Positions 20,322 to 29,851 of a stretch of DNA of 61,687 nt are shown here, piece by piece (within the stretch, counting starts at the first letter, position 1; every line of letters starts with the position of its first letter). The notes below the pieces were generated by a model, which was given only the letters and a program-made list of their open reading frames with translations, ran no database searches and was not told the DNA's origin. Source of the DNA: Dehalococcoidia bacterium UBA6926 (GTDB lineage: Bacteria > Chloroflexota > Dehalococcoidia > UBA6926); the NCBI GenBank assembly GCA_002450835.1, contig DKAM01000030.1:1-61687 (forward strand), in the 5' to 3' direction. A program made the position numbers and the translations under genes.

Positions 20322-20771
20322 ATGTCGAATAAAAAGCATAAATGGGTAGAATCATCTGGTGGCGTAGTATTCCGTCACCAAGAAGATCGATTCGAGATTG
20401 TAATTTGTGGGAGGGGTGACCCCACACAATGGATGTTACCAAAAGGCACACCCATCAAAGGGGAAGAAAGAAAGCAAACCGCCTTACGGGAAGTCGAAGA
20501 AGAAACTGGATTAAAAGTCGAAATTGTAAGTCCTCTTAAAAAAGTTCACTACAACTTTGAGTTAGAAAGCACAATTATCGAAAAAGATGTATATTTTTAT
20601 CTGATGAAGCAAATAGGTGGATCTTTTGACCGGCACGACAAAGAGTTTGAACTCGTACGTTGGCTGGTAGAAAGAGACGCTCATAAATATATGACATACG
20701 AAACTGATTTAGATGTTATCAAAACTGCTAAGCTTGCTGTATTACAAGGAGGAAAATTCAATTTCAGTTAA
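20322..20771 (+). CDS. NUDIX hydrolase (Ap4A hydrolase-like)
   Basis: SSGGVV, W.LPKG, Nudix box G-x5-E-x7-REVEEETGL. Confidence 0.9.
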   Translation: MSNKKHKWVESSGGVVFRHQEDRFEIVICGRGDPTQWMLPKGTPIKGEERKQTALREVEEETGLKVEIVSPLKKVHYNFELESTIIEKDVYFYLMKQIGGSFDRHDKEFELVRWLVERDAHKYMTYETDLDVIKTAKLAVLQGGKFNFS

Positions 20772-21312
20772 CGAAATAGATGTGTCCGGGGACAAAGTAA
20801 GGCTACGAGAAAAATATGCGGAAGATTCTTGGAATGATTATGTTTGGCGAGCCGACTTTGAATTAGCGGAACTTGATGCGGCTCCGAGATTGAATATGCC
20901 GTTTGAGCAATACGAAAAAATACATAAAGAAGATTTAAGATATCCTACACCTAGAAGCCACAAATTTGCAGTTGAAACCATAGAAGATTCCATACATATA
21001 GGAAATTGTATGTATTACGATCTAGATACCAAACAAAACCAAGCTGAGTTAGGTGTGATGATCGGAGACCGGGGTTATTGGAATGGAGGATTTGGAAGTG
21101 AAGCAGTCACTCTTTTAGTTAATTACATGTTCCAATATTTAGAGCTGGATCGGATCTACTTGAAAACCTTAGAGTGGAATATACGGGCACAAAGAGCTTT
21201 CAAAAAAATTGGGTTCTCCCAATATGGAGCGTCCAGGCAAGGGAAATACCAATTCATACTTATGGAATTAAGTCGAGAAGATTGGCCGGAACAAGATAAA
21301 TATTCTCTATAG
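20713..21312 (+). CDS. RimJ/RimL-family GNAT acetyltransferase; real start possibly ATT at 20761
   Basis: VRLRE, HIGN, AELGVMIGDRGYWNGGFGSEA, N.RA.RAF.KIGF. Confidence 0.85.
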   Translation: MLSKLLSLLYYKEENSISVNEIDVSGDKVRLREKYAEDSWNDYVWRADFELAELDAAPRLNMPFEQYEKIHKEDLRYPTPRSHKFAVETIEDSIHIGNCMYYDLDTKQNQAELGVMIGDRGYWNGGFGSEAVTLLVNYMFQYLELDRIYLKTLEWNIRAQRAFKKIGFSQYGASRQGKYQFILMELSREDWPEQDKYSL

Positions 21313-21327
21313 AAAAACGAAAAAAGA

Positions 21328-22455
21328 TTATAGGTCGGCTAAAATATTTCGAATTGAATCCCCAAATTGGCCTTTTTGCCATACGCGTATATCATCAGAT
21401 TCTAATATCGCCTGATTCGTAGAATAAGTTGAGTGAGCAAGCTGACTTAAGTTATTTGTAGGCCATATAAGTGGTGGGTCCAGATTCAATTGTTTTCCTA
21501 TTCCCTCCCTCCAACTTTTAAGATCCTTTAATCTTCGAGAGTATTCGGCATTTCTCCCTTTATTCGCGATTTTTTCTTGGACAGGTCTTGGTATCCCATC
21601 CCCTTTTAGTCCATCTTCTATTTTGGCCTTTAATCGTCTCATAAATTGCTGAGGCAATTTATGAGACAATCCTGGAACTTTATCAAATTTAGCATGCGGA
21701 TTCTTGCTCAAATATATAAGGACCTCATTAGAAATTACCTTAAAAGGCGGAGTATCTCTTCTCCTCGCCTCTAAGTCTCTAAAAATATATATAGCTTTTA
21801 ACACTGATCGTTCTTTGGGTTCCAAAGAATAACTTCCCTTCATAGAAAGAAAAGCGGTTTCAGGTGATGCCGGAGCTAGATAACGGACACTTTCGATACG
21901 AGTGAACTCTTCTTTAACCCAATCCAGCCTGCCAAGTTCCATTAACTTTTTCATCAATCCAGCTCGTAGCTTAACTAAATAAGCAACATCTCCTATAGCA
22001 TAGTTCAATGCCTCATCAGATAATGGGCGAAGGCTCCAATTAGCTCGCTGCAATTTTTTGTTTTTCTCAATCGTCACTCCAATCGTTCTTTCAAGTACCA
22101 CTTCCAGGCCACTTTTTTCGTAACCACAAAATTTACTTGCAATACTTGTATCAAAAATGTTTCTAACATTGAACTTTAAATCGCGGTCTATAACTCGAAG
22201 ATCATTTTCTGCAGCATGTATAATCTTTTGGACTTTTTCCGACTCCAGTAATTCACCTAGCGGGTTCATGTCTTCAATTAGCAAGGGGTCTATAAGCCAA
22301 GCATTAGAATCTGTCGCTAGTTGGATCAAACAAATTTTGTCTGGGTACCCAAAAAAGCTATTAGATTCTGTGTCGATCGCAACAGTATCTTCTTGCAATA
22401 GTTTTTCTACTAAATTAGATAGATCGCTCGAGTTTATGACAAGTTTCCCAATCAA
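21328..22455 (-). CDS. rnd: Ribonuclease D (DEDDy exonuclease plus HRDC)
   Basis: AIDTE, CLIQLA, IIHAAENDL, FDT, NWSLRPL, YA.GDV, then HRDC region. Confidence 0.88.
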   Translation of the reverse strand: MIGKLVINSSDLSNLVEKLLQEDTVAIDTESNSFFGYPDKICLIQLATDSNAWLIDPLLIEDMNPLGELLESEKVQKIIHAAENDLRVIDRDLKFNVRNIFDTSIASKFCGYEKSGLEVVLERTIGVTIEKNKKLQRANWSLRPLSDEALNYAIGDVAYLVKLRAGLMKKLMELGRLDWVKEEFTRIESVRYLAPASPETAFLSMKGSYSLEPKERSVLKAIYIFRDLEARRRDTPPFKVISNEVLIYLSKNPHAKFDKVPGLSHKLPQQFMRRLKAKIEDGLKGDGIPRPVQEKIANKGRNAEYSRRLKDLKSWREGIGKQLNLDPPLIWPTNNLSQLAHSTYSTNQAILESDDIRVWQKGQFGDSIRNILADL

Positions 22456-24704
22456 TCGGAAATCTCCAAATTACTGATACTGGCAAGCAATCTTTTCACA
22501 CCTTGACCTTTGAATGCTACAGTTACTTCAAAGTCATTGCCAAGAGGTGTTATAAGGCAACCAACAACCACCCCAGCGCCGAATATTTTATGCTTTACAT
22601 GATCTCCAGTGTTATAAGGACTTGTCTTACCACCACGTTTCCGAGATTGATTTGTTAAGATGTTATTTGAAGATTCAGGTAAAGAGATATCGATCCCTTT
22701 CTTTAAAGAAGATTTGCCTTCAATTGATATCAAATCAGATGGGATATCTTTTAAAAATCGTGATGGCCCAACGGTCTGACTCATTCCAGGATTATAATTA
22801 CCATACATGGAACGATTTGTGGCAATTGTCATATAAAGCCTTTCTTGGGCTCGCGTCATTCCCACATAACATAATCTTCTTTCCTCTTCGATTTCAGCAG
22901 CGTCTCCAGAATCTATGGATCTACGGTGCGGTAAAAGCCCTTCCTCCATACCTATCATGAATACAGCTGGGAACTCCAATCCTTTTGCCTGATGTAAAGT
23001 GATCAAAGTAACAGCATCTGGTCCACTGTCGTCCATTTGATCCAGATCTGTAGATAGGGCAGCCGATTCTAAGAATGCACTTAAACCTACCTCAGGAGCA
23101 AAATCTTGGTAATCTGAGATAGCAGATCGTAGCTCCAGAATATTATCCCATCGATCATCACTTCTATCTTGTTCCTCAATATATTTCTTGTACTGTATAC
23201 TCTCTATCAATTGATCGAATAACTGGAGAACATCCGACTCCGACGCTATGGTGGTCAAACGTCCGAGCATAGACATAAATAATTCCAATTGCTTTTTCGA
23301 TCTCGTGTTAATTTCATTGGGGTTAGAAATTTGGTGCTGAGAATGTTCTCCTATAGTATCAGTAACCGTTTTATACAAAGATAAATCGTTTAGCTGTGCC
23401 CACCCATTAAGTAAAGATAATGTTTTCTGACCAATCCCTCGAGCTGGAACATTTATTATCCGGGATAAACTTAGAGAGTCAAAGGGATTGTGAATAACTC
23501 TAAGATACGACAAGAGATCCTTAACTTCTTTTCTTTCCCAAAATCTAAGACCGCCTATAATCCTATAAGGAATTCCAGATCGTACAAAAGCTTCTTCGGG
23601 TGCTCTAGACTGAGCATTTGTACGATACATGATGGCTATATCTCCATATCGCAAGTTCTCTTGATTTACTAAGGTTTCGATTTCCGCTGCAACTGATAAA
23701 GCTTCCTCCTGTTCATTGTAATTATAAGAAACTCCTATTTGATTGCCCTGAGGGTTATCCGTCCATAATTGAAGATCGCTCTTGTTTGCATTTGGAGCAA
23801 TCACACTCTGTGCAGCAGAAACTATGCTTCCTGTAGATCGATAATTTCTCCCCAAATTCACAGTCTTTACTTTTTCATTATCGTTTTCAAAGTCTAATAT
23901 ATTGGTTATGTCGGCATGGCGCCATGAGTATATAGATTGATTAGGATCGCCTACAACACATAAATTATTACTATCCCCTGCTACCATCCTCGTCATTAAA
24001 TATTGCACTTTATTGGTATCTTGCCACTCGTCTACCATCAAAAATTTATATCGGTTCTGATATTTCTCAAGAACGTTTTGATCGGACTGGAACAATAAGA
24101 CTGTTTTCAAAAGTAGATCATCAAAATCAAGAGCATGATTGTCAAGTAAGGCCTTTTCATATCTCACATATACGCGATTAACAATTTCATCAAAATAGCT
24201 TTTAGCGTGGGCGGCATGTTCATTCGGACGAAGCATTTTATTTTTTGCAGCTGATATAGCGTTATTAATAGCACTAGGTGAATATTGTTTAGGATCTAAA
24301 CTAAATTCTTCAAGTGATTGTTTAACAATCGACTTCTGCTCATCGTCGTCATATATAACAAACTGTTTATCAATTCCAAGAATATCTCCATATTGTCTTA
24401 AAACACGAGCTCCGAAATTATGAAATGTTCCGAGAGTAATATTTGATGCCTGAGAACCCAATAGTTGGTTAACACGTTCCTGCATCTCTTTAGCTGCTTT
24501 ATTAGTGAAAGTCACGGCCATTATACTAGCTGGGCTAACCCCCATTACTTGGACTAAATAAGCTATGCGATGAGTAATAACTCTGGTTTTTCCGGATCCC
24601 GGCCCTGCCATAATGAGTAAAGGGCCTTGTACGCTTTGTACAGCTATTCTTTGCTCTTCATTCAATCCTTCTAAAAGGTTTTCATTCGCTTTCGAATTCA
24701 ACAT
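22452..24704 (-). CDS. pcrA: ATP-dependent DNA helicase PcrA/UvrD
   Basis: AGPGSGKT, TFTNKAA, VDEWQDTN, GDPNQSIYSWR, NYRS, TLHQAKGLEF, EERRLCYVGMTRA, C-terminal Tudor-like domain. Confidence 0.95.
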   Translation of the reverse strand: MLNSKANENLLEGLNEEQRIAVQSVQGPLLIMAGPGSGKTRVITHRIAYLVQVMGVSPASIMAVTFTNKAAKEMQERVNQLLGSQASNITLGTFHNFGARVLRQYGDILGIDKQFVIYDDDEQKSIVKQSLEEFSLDPKQYSPSAINNAISAAKNKMLRPNEHAAHAKSYFDEIVNRVYVRYEKALLDNHALDFDDLLLKTVLLFQSDQNVLEKYQNRYKFLMVDEWQDTNKVQYLMTRMVAGDSNNLCVVGDPNQSIYSWRHADITNILDFENDNEKVKTVNLGRNYRSTGSIVSAAQSVIAPNANKSDLQLWTDNPQGNQIGVSYNYNEQEEALSVAAEIETLVNQENLRYGDIAIMYRTNAQSRAPEEAFVRSGIPYRIIGGLRFWERKEVKDLLSYLRVIHNPFDSLSLSRIINVPARGIGQKTLSLLNGWAQLNDLSLYKTVTDTIGEHSQHQISNPNEINTRSKKQLELFMSMLGRLTTIASESDVLQLFDQLIESIQYKKYIEEQDRSDDRWDNILELRSAISDYQDFAPEVGLSAFLESAALSTDLDQMDDSGPDAVTLITLHQAKGLEFPAVFMIGMEEGLLPHRRSIDSGDAAEIEEERRLCYVGMTRAQERLYMTIATNRSMYGNYNPGMSQTVGPSRFLKDIPSDLISIEGKSSLKKGIDISLPESSNNILTNQSRKRGGKTSPYNTGDHVKHKIFGAGVVVGCLITPLGNDFEVTVAFKGQGVKRLLASISNLEISD

Positions 24705-24732
24705 AACAACAATTAAACTACTCCCCTAATAA

Positions 24733-26988
24733 TTAACTTAATCCCGATGGAATTTGAGTTCTAAGTTTCTTGTAAATTTTTTCAGAAGTGGCGGGCAAAT
24801 CACCGACTCGAACCCCACATGCATCTTGGATAGCATTCATTATAGCTGGGCAAGGCATGGTAATAGCACCTTCTCCAATTCCTCTAACATTATATGGGCC
24901 ATGCCCTTGTTCTGACTCCAATATAAACGATTTAAATTCGGGTATATCAGTGACTACCGGAATTTTATATTCACTAAAAGATGGATTAATAACTCTACCT
25001 TGATCGATATTCATATCCTCCATAAGTGCTTGCCCTATACCTTGAAGAATACCGCCTTCAATCTGGCCTTCAAAACCTATAGGGTTCAAAACTCTACCTG
25101 TTTCCTGAACCGAACAATATTTCTGCAAAGTTACTTGACCTGTTTCATTATCAACTAGGACTTCTGCAACATGGGCAGCGTAAGAAACAAATTGATTACC
25201 TCTACCTTCATCGATGTGACCTTCTCCGGTGATTGGCTCCCCTGCCATATTTGCGAGTTCAAAAAACGGGACTTTACGTTTCTGATCACCACCGATAACA
25301 TCACCACCTTCGATTCCTATTGAATCTTCGTCCCAACCATAGAACTCTGCAGCGAGTCTCTTCAGTTTAGTTTTAGCATTTTGAGCAGCTTCATAGCCAG
25401 CTATACTAGTAACTCTTGCTCCTCGGGAACCACCGACTCCTTGATCTCTGAATCCATCGCCTGTATTCCAAGGTTTCACTTCAATCTGCTCAACTGGCAA
25501 ACCTAGTTCCTCCGAAAGAACTTGAGCAAGAATAGTTGCTGTTCCCATCCCGGGATCAAATGTAGACATATTGGCAAGTACTCTTCCATCGGGGTATATA
25601 TGCACCGCCGCATGACCTTCAAATCCTATCTGACCATGCTCCGTTATAGCAATTCCCCTACCGACTCCAGTATTTTTGGGTCCGTAATATCCTGATTCCT
25701 TTAACGCCATATCGATTACTTCATTCATTAATATCGGCTGAGTATCTAAGTTAGCATCATCAAGTTTGTCTATATTTCGGTTACCAAAAATCATATTTTT
25801 ACGCCTAAAATCAATAGGATCCATATTTATCGATCTAGCAATTACATCAATATGCGATTCTCCTGCAAAAACTGCTTGTGTAGAACCAGGCGCACGGAAG
25901 TAGCCACACGGGACCGTATTTGTATACACTTGGCGGGATTCAATTTTTACATTTGGAATATTATAGACATCTAGTGCTGATCTACCAGACATCTCTCCGA
26001 AAGGAGGCGAAGGAGCATATGCCGCATACCCGCCTGAAGCAAAATAACTGGAAACTTCCCAAGCAGTTATTGTACCGTCTAGTTTTACACCAGCTTTAAT
26101 TTTGAAAATAGATGGATGGCGCGGATTCATAGCGCTAAATTCTTCTTGGTAATCCATCACAAATTTGATTGGCTTACCTGTTTTTTTAGATAAAAAGTAA
26201 GAAACCGCTACACCTGTAACATCCAATTTCCCTCCGTAGGAACCTCCTATATTTATGGGATTAATTACAACATCACTTCGTTCCAAACCAACCATCCTCG
26301 CTAAATGAACCCTTCTCGCGGTGGGCGCCTGATTGGAACACCAAATTTGTAAACGGCTTTCGTCATCTATATATACCAATGACGAATGAGGCTCTAAATA
26401 TGCTTGGTGTACTCGCTCTGTCGAATAAGAACCTTCGATTATTACATCAGCAAGCTCAAACCCATTTTTTATATCCCCTTTTTCGTCAATAACGTGATGA
26501 TAGACATTTGATGGCGTTTCTTGAGGAATAGCATTCCTATATTCAGAATAGTCAGGGTGTATTAAAGTGGCAGAGTCTAACGAGGCTTCTACGGGATCAA
26601 AAACAGCAGGCAATTGCTCATACTCTACATTTATCATATTTGAAGCACGTACGGCAGTATCTCTATCAACAGCGGCGACAGCGGCAATTTTGTCCCCGAT
26701 GAATCTAACCCGGTCCCATGAGGAAAGTAAGGGCTCGTCTACTATAATATTCCCACCCCGCAAACCTTCTACATCCTGTCCGGTTAATACAGCTTCCACT
26801 CCATCCATCGCCAACGCATCAGCATAATCAATAGATTTTATTTTTGCATGGGCATATGGTGATCGAACAAAAACACACCACAGGTAGTTTGGAGCAATTA
26901 GATCTACAGAGTATTGAGCACGACCCAAAATTTTGTCGGCCCCATCATTGCGAATAATGGACTTACCAACAACCTCATAGCTATTCAT
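24733..26988 (-). CDS. Xanthine dehydrogenase/aldehyde oxidoreductase family molybdopterin-binding large subunit
   Basis: RSPYAHAKI, QAYLEPH, IGGSYGGK, FRAPG, GQIEGG..QGIG.AL, YKIP, RGIGE; start set at ATG 26988 after SD AAGGTG. Confidence 0.9.
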   Translation of the reverse strand: MNSYEVVGKSIIRNDGADKILGRAQYSVDLIAPNYLWCVFVRSPYAHAKIKSIDYADALAMDGVEAVLTGQDVEGLRGGNIIVDEPLLSSWDRVRFIGDKIAAVAAVDRDTAVRASNMINVEYEQLPAVFDPVEASLDSATLIHPDYSEYRNAIPQETPSNVYHHVIDEKGDIKNGFELADVIIEGSYSTERVHQAYLEPHSSLVYIDDESRLQIWCSNQAPTARRVHLARMVGLERSDVVINPINIGGSYGGKLDVTGVAVSYFLSKKTGKPIKFVMDYQEEFSAMNPRHPSIFKIKAGVKLDGTITAWEVSSYFASGGYAAYAPSPPFGEMSGRSALDVYNIPNVKIESRQVYTNTVPCGYFRAPGSTQAVFAGESHIDVIARSINMDPIDFRRKNMIFGNRNIDKLDDANLDTQPILMNEVIDMALKESGYYGPKNTGVGRGIAITEHGQIGFEGHAAVHIYPDGRVLANMSTFDPGMGTATILAQVLSEELGLPVEQIEVKPWNTGDGFRDQGVGGSRGARVTSIAGYEAAQNAKTKLKRLAAEFYGWDEDSIGIEGGDVIGGDQKRKVPFFELANMAGEPITGEGHIDEGRGNQFVSYAAHVAEVLVDNETGQVTLQKYCSVQETGRVLNPIGFEGQIEGGILQGIGQALMEDMNIDQGRVINPSFSEYKIPVVTDIPEFKSFILESEQGHGPYNVRGIGEGAITMPCPAIMNAIQDACGVRVGDLPATSEKIYKKLRTQIPSGLS

Positions 26989-27108
26989 TAGAAACACCTT
27001 CCAACATAATATTAAACCGGAGATAATAGAAATGTTAAGAGTATGGTTTTTAACAATATACAGATATAATACTACCAATAAATGATTTCATCATCATAGC
27101 GGGGAATA

Positions 27109-28071
27109 GTGCATCTTTACGGCAATAAACATTTTTTCGAAAAAATCGGAGGCGCAAAAACTATAAATAAGGTAGTTGAAATTTTTTACGATCGCGTTGA
27201 AAAAGACCCTTATTTACGACCCCTATTCCCTAAATCACTTCACCATGGCCGACAAATGCAAAAATTATTCCTGGAAGAATGGCTGGGTGGTCGCCCTTTA
27301 TACTCCAACAGAGGAAGAGAGAAAGGTGCTATACAAGGAGGTATGCACGGAATCCATTATAGGTTTGTAATACCTGTAAAGGCGGCGGGGCGGTGGCTTC
27401 ATCACATGGCTTTCGCGCTTACAGAAGCGGGAATAGAAGAAACTGATCGTTCGGGCATTATGGAAGTTCTTGCCCCAATCGCCCATGAGATGGTGAACGA
27501 TGGGGTAGATTTTCCACAACTATTAAAAGCTCTTACCCTCACCAGTAATGGTGATATAGATGCAATCAAAAAACTTATTGGGAAAACACCTGAAATCGTT
27601 GCTCAAAGAGGTACCGCGGGACGAACACTATTGTGGGAATCAGCGAGAAATGGTCATCTTGAAATAACTAGATTACTTATAAATAAAGGTGCCAACCCCA
27701 ATGTGCCAGGAGGCGCTCCTCTATTATTAACACCGTACGCTTTAGCGGTTTCAAGAGGGCATAATAATTTGGGGTCGTACTTAATGGATCATGGAAATAT
27801 TATGGATATATTCACAGTTTGTTTTTTGGGTAACACAGACGATCTAAGGGCTATCCTTACTGAAAATCGCTCTTCAGCGAACTCTCTTCAACCATACGAA
27901 GATATCAACCCTGTAGTTCCTCTTCACTACGCAGTGCACGGGGGAAATATAGATGTAGTAGAAATTCTGCTATCTTTTGGTGCAGACGGGAAACCATACA
28001 AATCTGAACTTACCGCTTTAGCCAGAAGCATGAATAGAAAAGATATTGTTAGCCTACTAGAAAAAGCCTGA
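27109..28071 (+). CDS. Truncated (2/2, group II-like) haemoglobin fused to ankyrin repeats
   Basis: N-terminus IGG...FYDRV..DP.LRPLF...LGG.PLY...GIH...W...M...A..MVN; C-terminus GRTLLWESARNGHLEITRLLINKGANPN, TPYALAVSRGH, PLHYAVHGGNIDVVEILLSFGAD. Confidence 0.82.
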   Translation: MHLYGNKHFFEKIGGAKTINKVVEIFYDRVEKDPYLRPLFPKSLHHGRQMQKLFLEEWLGGRPLYSNRGREKGAIQGGMHGIHYRFVIPVKAAGRWLHHMAFALTEAGIEETDRSGIMEVLAPIAHEMVNDGVDFPQLLKALTLTSNGDIDAIKKLIGKTPEIVAQRGTAGRTLLWESARNGHLEITRLLINKGANPNVPGGAPLLLTPYALAVSRGHNNLGSYLMDHGNIMDIFTVCFLGNTDDLRAILTENRSSANSLQPYEDINPVVPLHYAVHGGNIDVVEILLSFGADGKPYKSELTALARSMNRKDIVSLLEKA

Positions 28072-28076
28072 AACTA

Positions 28077-29714
28077 TTACTTCCCCATCAATCTTGCTGG
28101 TGGAGCGAAATGGGCAAATGTACTAGGGTTGGATTCAATAGGTACCTCGATGATAGTAGGTTCATTAGCTGAAATTGCTGCCTTAAGCTCGTTACTGAGG
28201 TTTTCGGGACCGTCAGCTTTGCGCCCTACGACTCCAAACGATTCAGCTAGCTTAGTAAAATCAGGATTATCAAGTTTACTACCGAGTAGCCGCCCTCCAA
28301 ACATGTCTGACTGGGTCCTACGAACATTCCCATAAGCTCCATCGTTAAAAATGATAGTTATTAAATTAATACCATTCTGAACCATAGTAGACATTTCTTG
28401 AACGCCAAACATGAAGCCGCCATCGCCCGCTACAGACAGTACTGTTTTTTCTGGGTTACCAACTTTTACTCCTAAAGCAGTTGCAAATCCATATCCTAAG
28501 GTTCCCTGATAACCAGGAGTTATATAGGTTCGAGGAGAGTAAACAGGAAACCCATGATAAGCGTAATAGCCAACTTGGGTCATATCAGTTACTAAAATAC
28601 CGTCTTCAGGCATCGCGTCCCGGATAGTATCTGAATATGCCGCTAAAATTGGAAAAGCGCTCAGCTTGTCACTTGTATTAGCAGCTACAGCATTCATTTC
28701 GTCTTCCCTGGAGGATCTACTCTTGTTATATCGAGGAACTCTCTCAACTAGATCATCAATCGCACTTGCTGCATCACTTATAATCTTAATATCAGGTTCA
28801 ATATTCCTATTAATCTCATCTGGATCGATATCTATGCGGATTAATTTTTGTTCTGTGGATACAGGCCATGAAACAGGCCCTGGCAATACAAAACGTGTTC
28901 CGACAGCTAGTATCACGTCCGCCCCCTCAATCAGGTCATAACCGGCGATTAGAGGATGAGCCAAATAATTCCTGGATGACAAAGCACCTTTCCCATTGGG
29001 TGACATTATTGTCGGGGCCTGAAGCATATAAGCCAACTCATCAAGTTTTCCTGAAGAGCCATTAGCTACGGTCCCTCCTCCTGAAAAAATGATAGGGTTC
29101 TTCGCTTCACCTAATAGTTTAGCTGCCAACTCCAATTGGCTAGAATCACCTTTTTCAACATTAACGTTTCCGGGCTCGGTGAGGACCACATTCTCAGATT
29201 TGGCAAAAATATCCTGGGGTACTTCAATCTCCACTGGCCTAGAACGACCAGTTTTCAAATTAATAAACGCATCGTGCACAACCTGTGTCACTTCCTGCGG
29301 ATTCATTGCCCGAGCTGCCCACTTTGTAACCGACTGAACTGTTTCCAGCTGGTTCTTTATTTCGTGTAAAGCGCCCCTCTCTTGACCTATATGATGAGTT
29401 GCAACCTGGCCAGCGATACACAAAACGCGTGAGTTAGAAGCGTATGCTGTAGAAAGGCCGGCCATTGCATTTAATAAGCCAGGTCCTGGCACCATCATAC
29501 ATACGCCAACTTTTCCAGTAGACCGTGCGTAACCATCAGCCATATAAGAAGTCGCTTGTTCATTTCTGGTATGAATAATTTTGATGTTCTCACGTTCTTC
29601 CCATAAAGCATCAAACGCCCAATCCATTTGGACACCTGGAAGGCCAAAAATAACTTCAACACCTTCTCTTTTTAAAGTTTGTACTAAAGCCTGGCCACCT
29701 GTCATGGTTCCCAT
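28077..29714 (-). CDS. Thiamine diphosphate-dependent enzyme (acetolactate synthase-like superfamily)
   Basis: IFGLPG, RNEQ, GPGLLN, GTLGYG, GDGGFMF...ND ThDP motif. Confidence 0.9.
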   Translation of the reverse strand: MGTMTGGQALVQTLKREGVEVIFGLPGVQMDWAFDALWEERENIKIIHTRNEQATSYMADGYARSTGKVGVCMMVPGPGLLNAMAGLSTAYASNSRVLCIAGQVATHHIGQERGALHEIKNQLETVQSVTKWAARAMNPQEVTQVVHDAFINLKTGRSRPVEIEVPQDIFAKSENVVLTEPGNVNVEKGDSSQLELAAKLLGEAKNPIIFSGGGTVANGSSGKLDELAYMLQAPTIMSPNGKGALSSRNYLAHPLIAGYDLIEGADVILAVGTRFVLPGPVSWPVSTEQKLIRIDIDPDEINRNIEPDIKIISDAASAIDDLVERVPRYNKSRSSREDEMNAVAANTSDKLSAFPILAAYSDTIRDAMPEDGILVTDMTQVGYYAYHGFPVYSPRTYITPGYQGTLGYGFATALGVKVGNPEKTVLSVAGDGGFMFGVQEMSTMVQNGINLITIIFNDGAYGNVRRTQSDMFGGRLLGSKLDNPDFTKLAESFGVVGRKADGPENLSNELKAAISANEPTIIEVPIESNPSTFAHFAPPARLMGK

Positions 29715-29851
29715 AATTAACACCCCCAACCAATTCATGCTAAGCTAATCTCGTTCGAGAAGCTAGCAACCAAAAAAACTCTTGCGACTTCATTATACAG
29801 TCAAACTATGACTGGCAGGATTAATAGGTTAGCTCGCTTACAGGAGGATCA

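Noticed and set aside
16582-21312. RiPP biosynthetic cluster (TldDE plus HEAT)
   Set aside because: No precursor peptide, YcaO, radical SAM or dedicated exporter nearby
24733-26988. Aerobic CO dehydrogenase large subunit (coxL)
   Set aside because: The active-site loop reads CGYFRAPG, not AYxCSFR (form I) or AYxGAGR (form II); no coxM/coxS adjacent
29715-29850. TPP riboswitch upstream of the ThDP enzyme
   Set aside because: A hairpin is present, but the conserved CUGAGA and ACCUG elements are not
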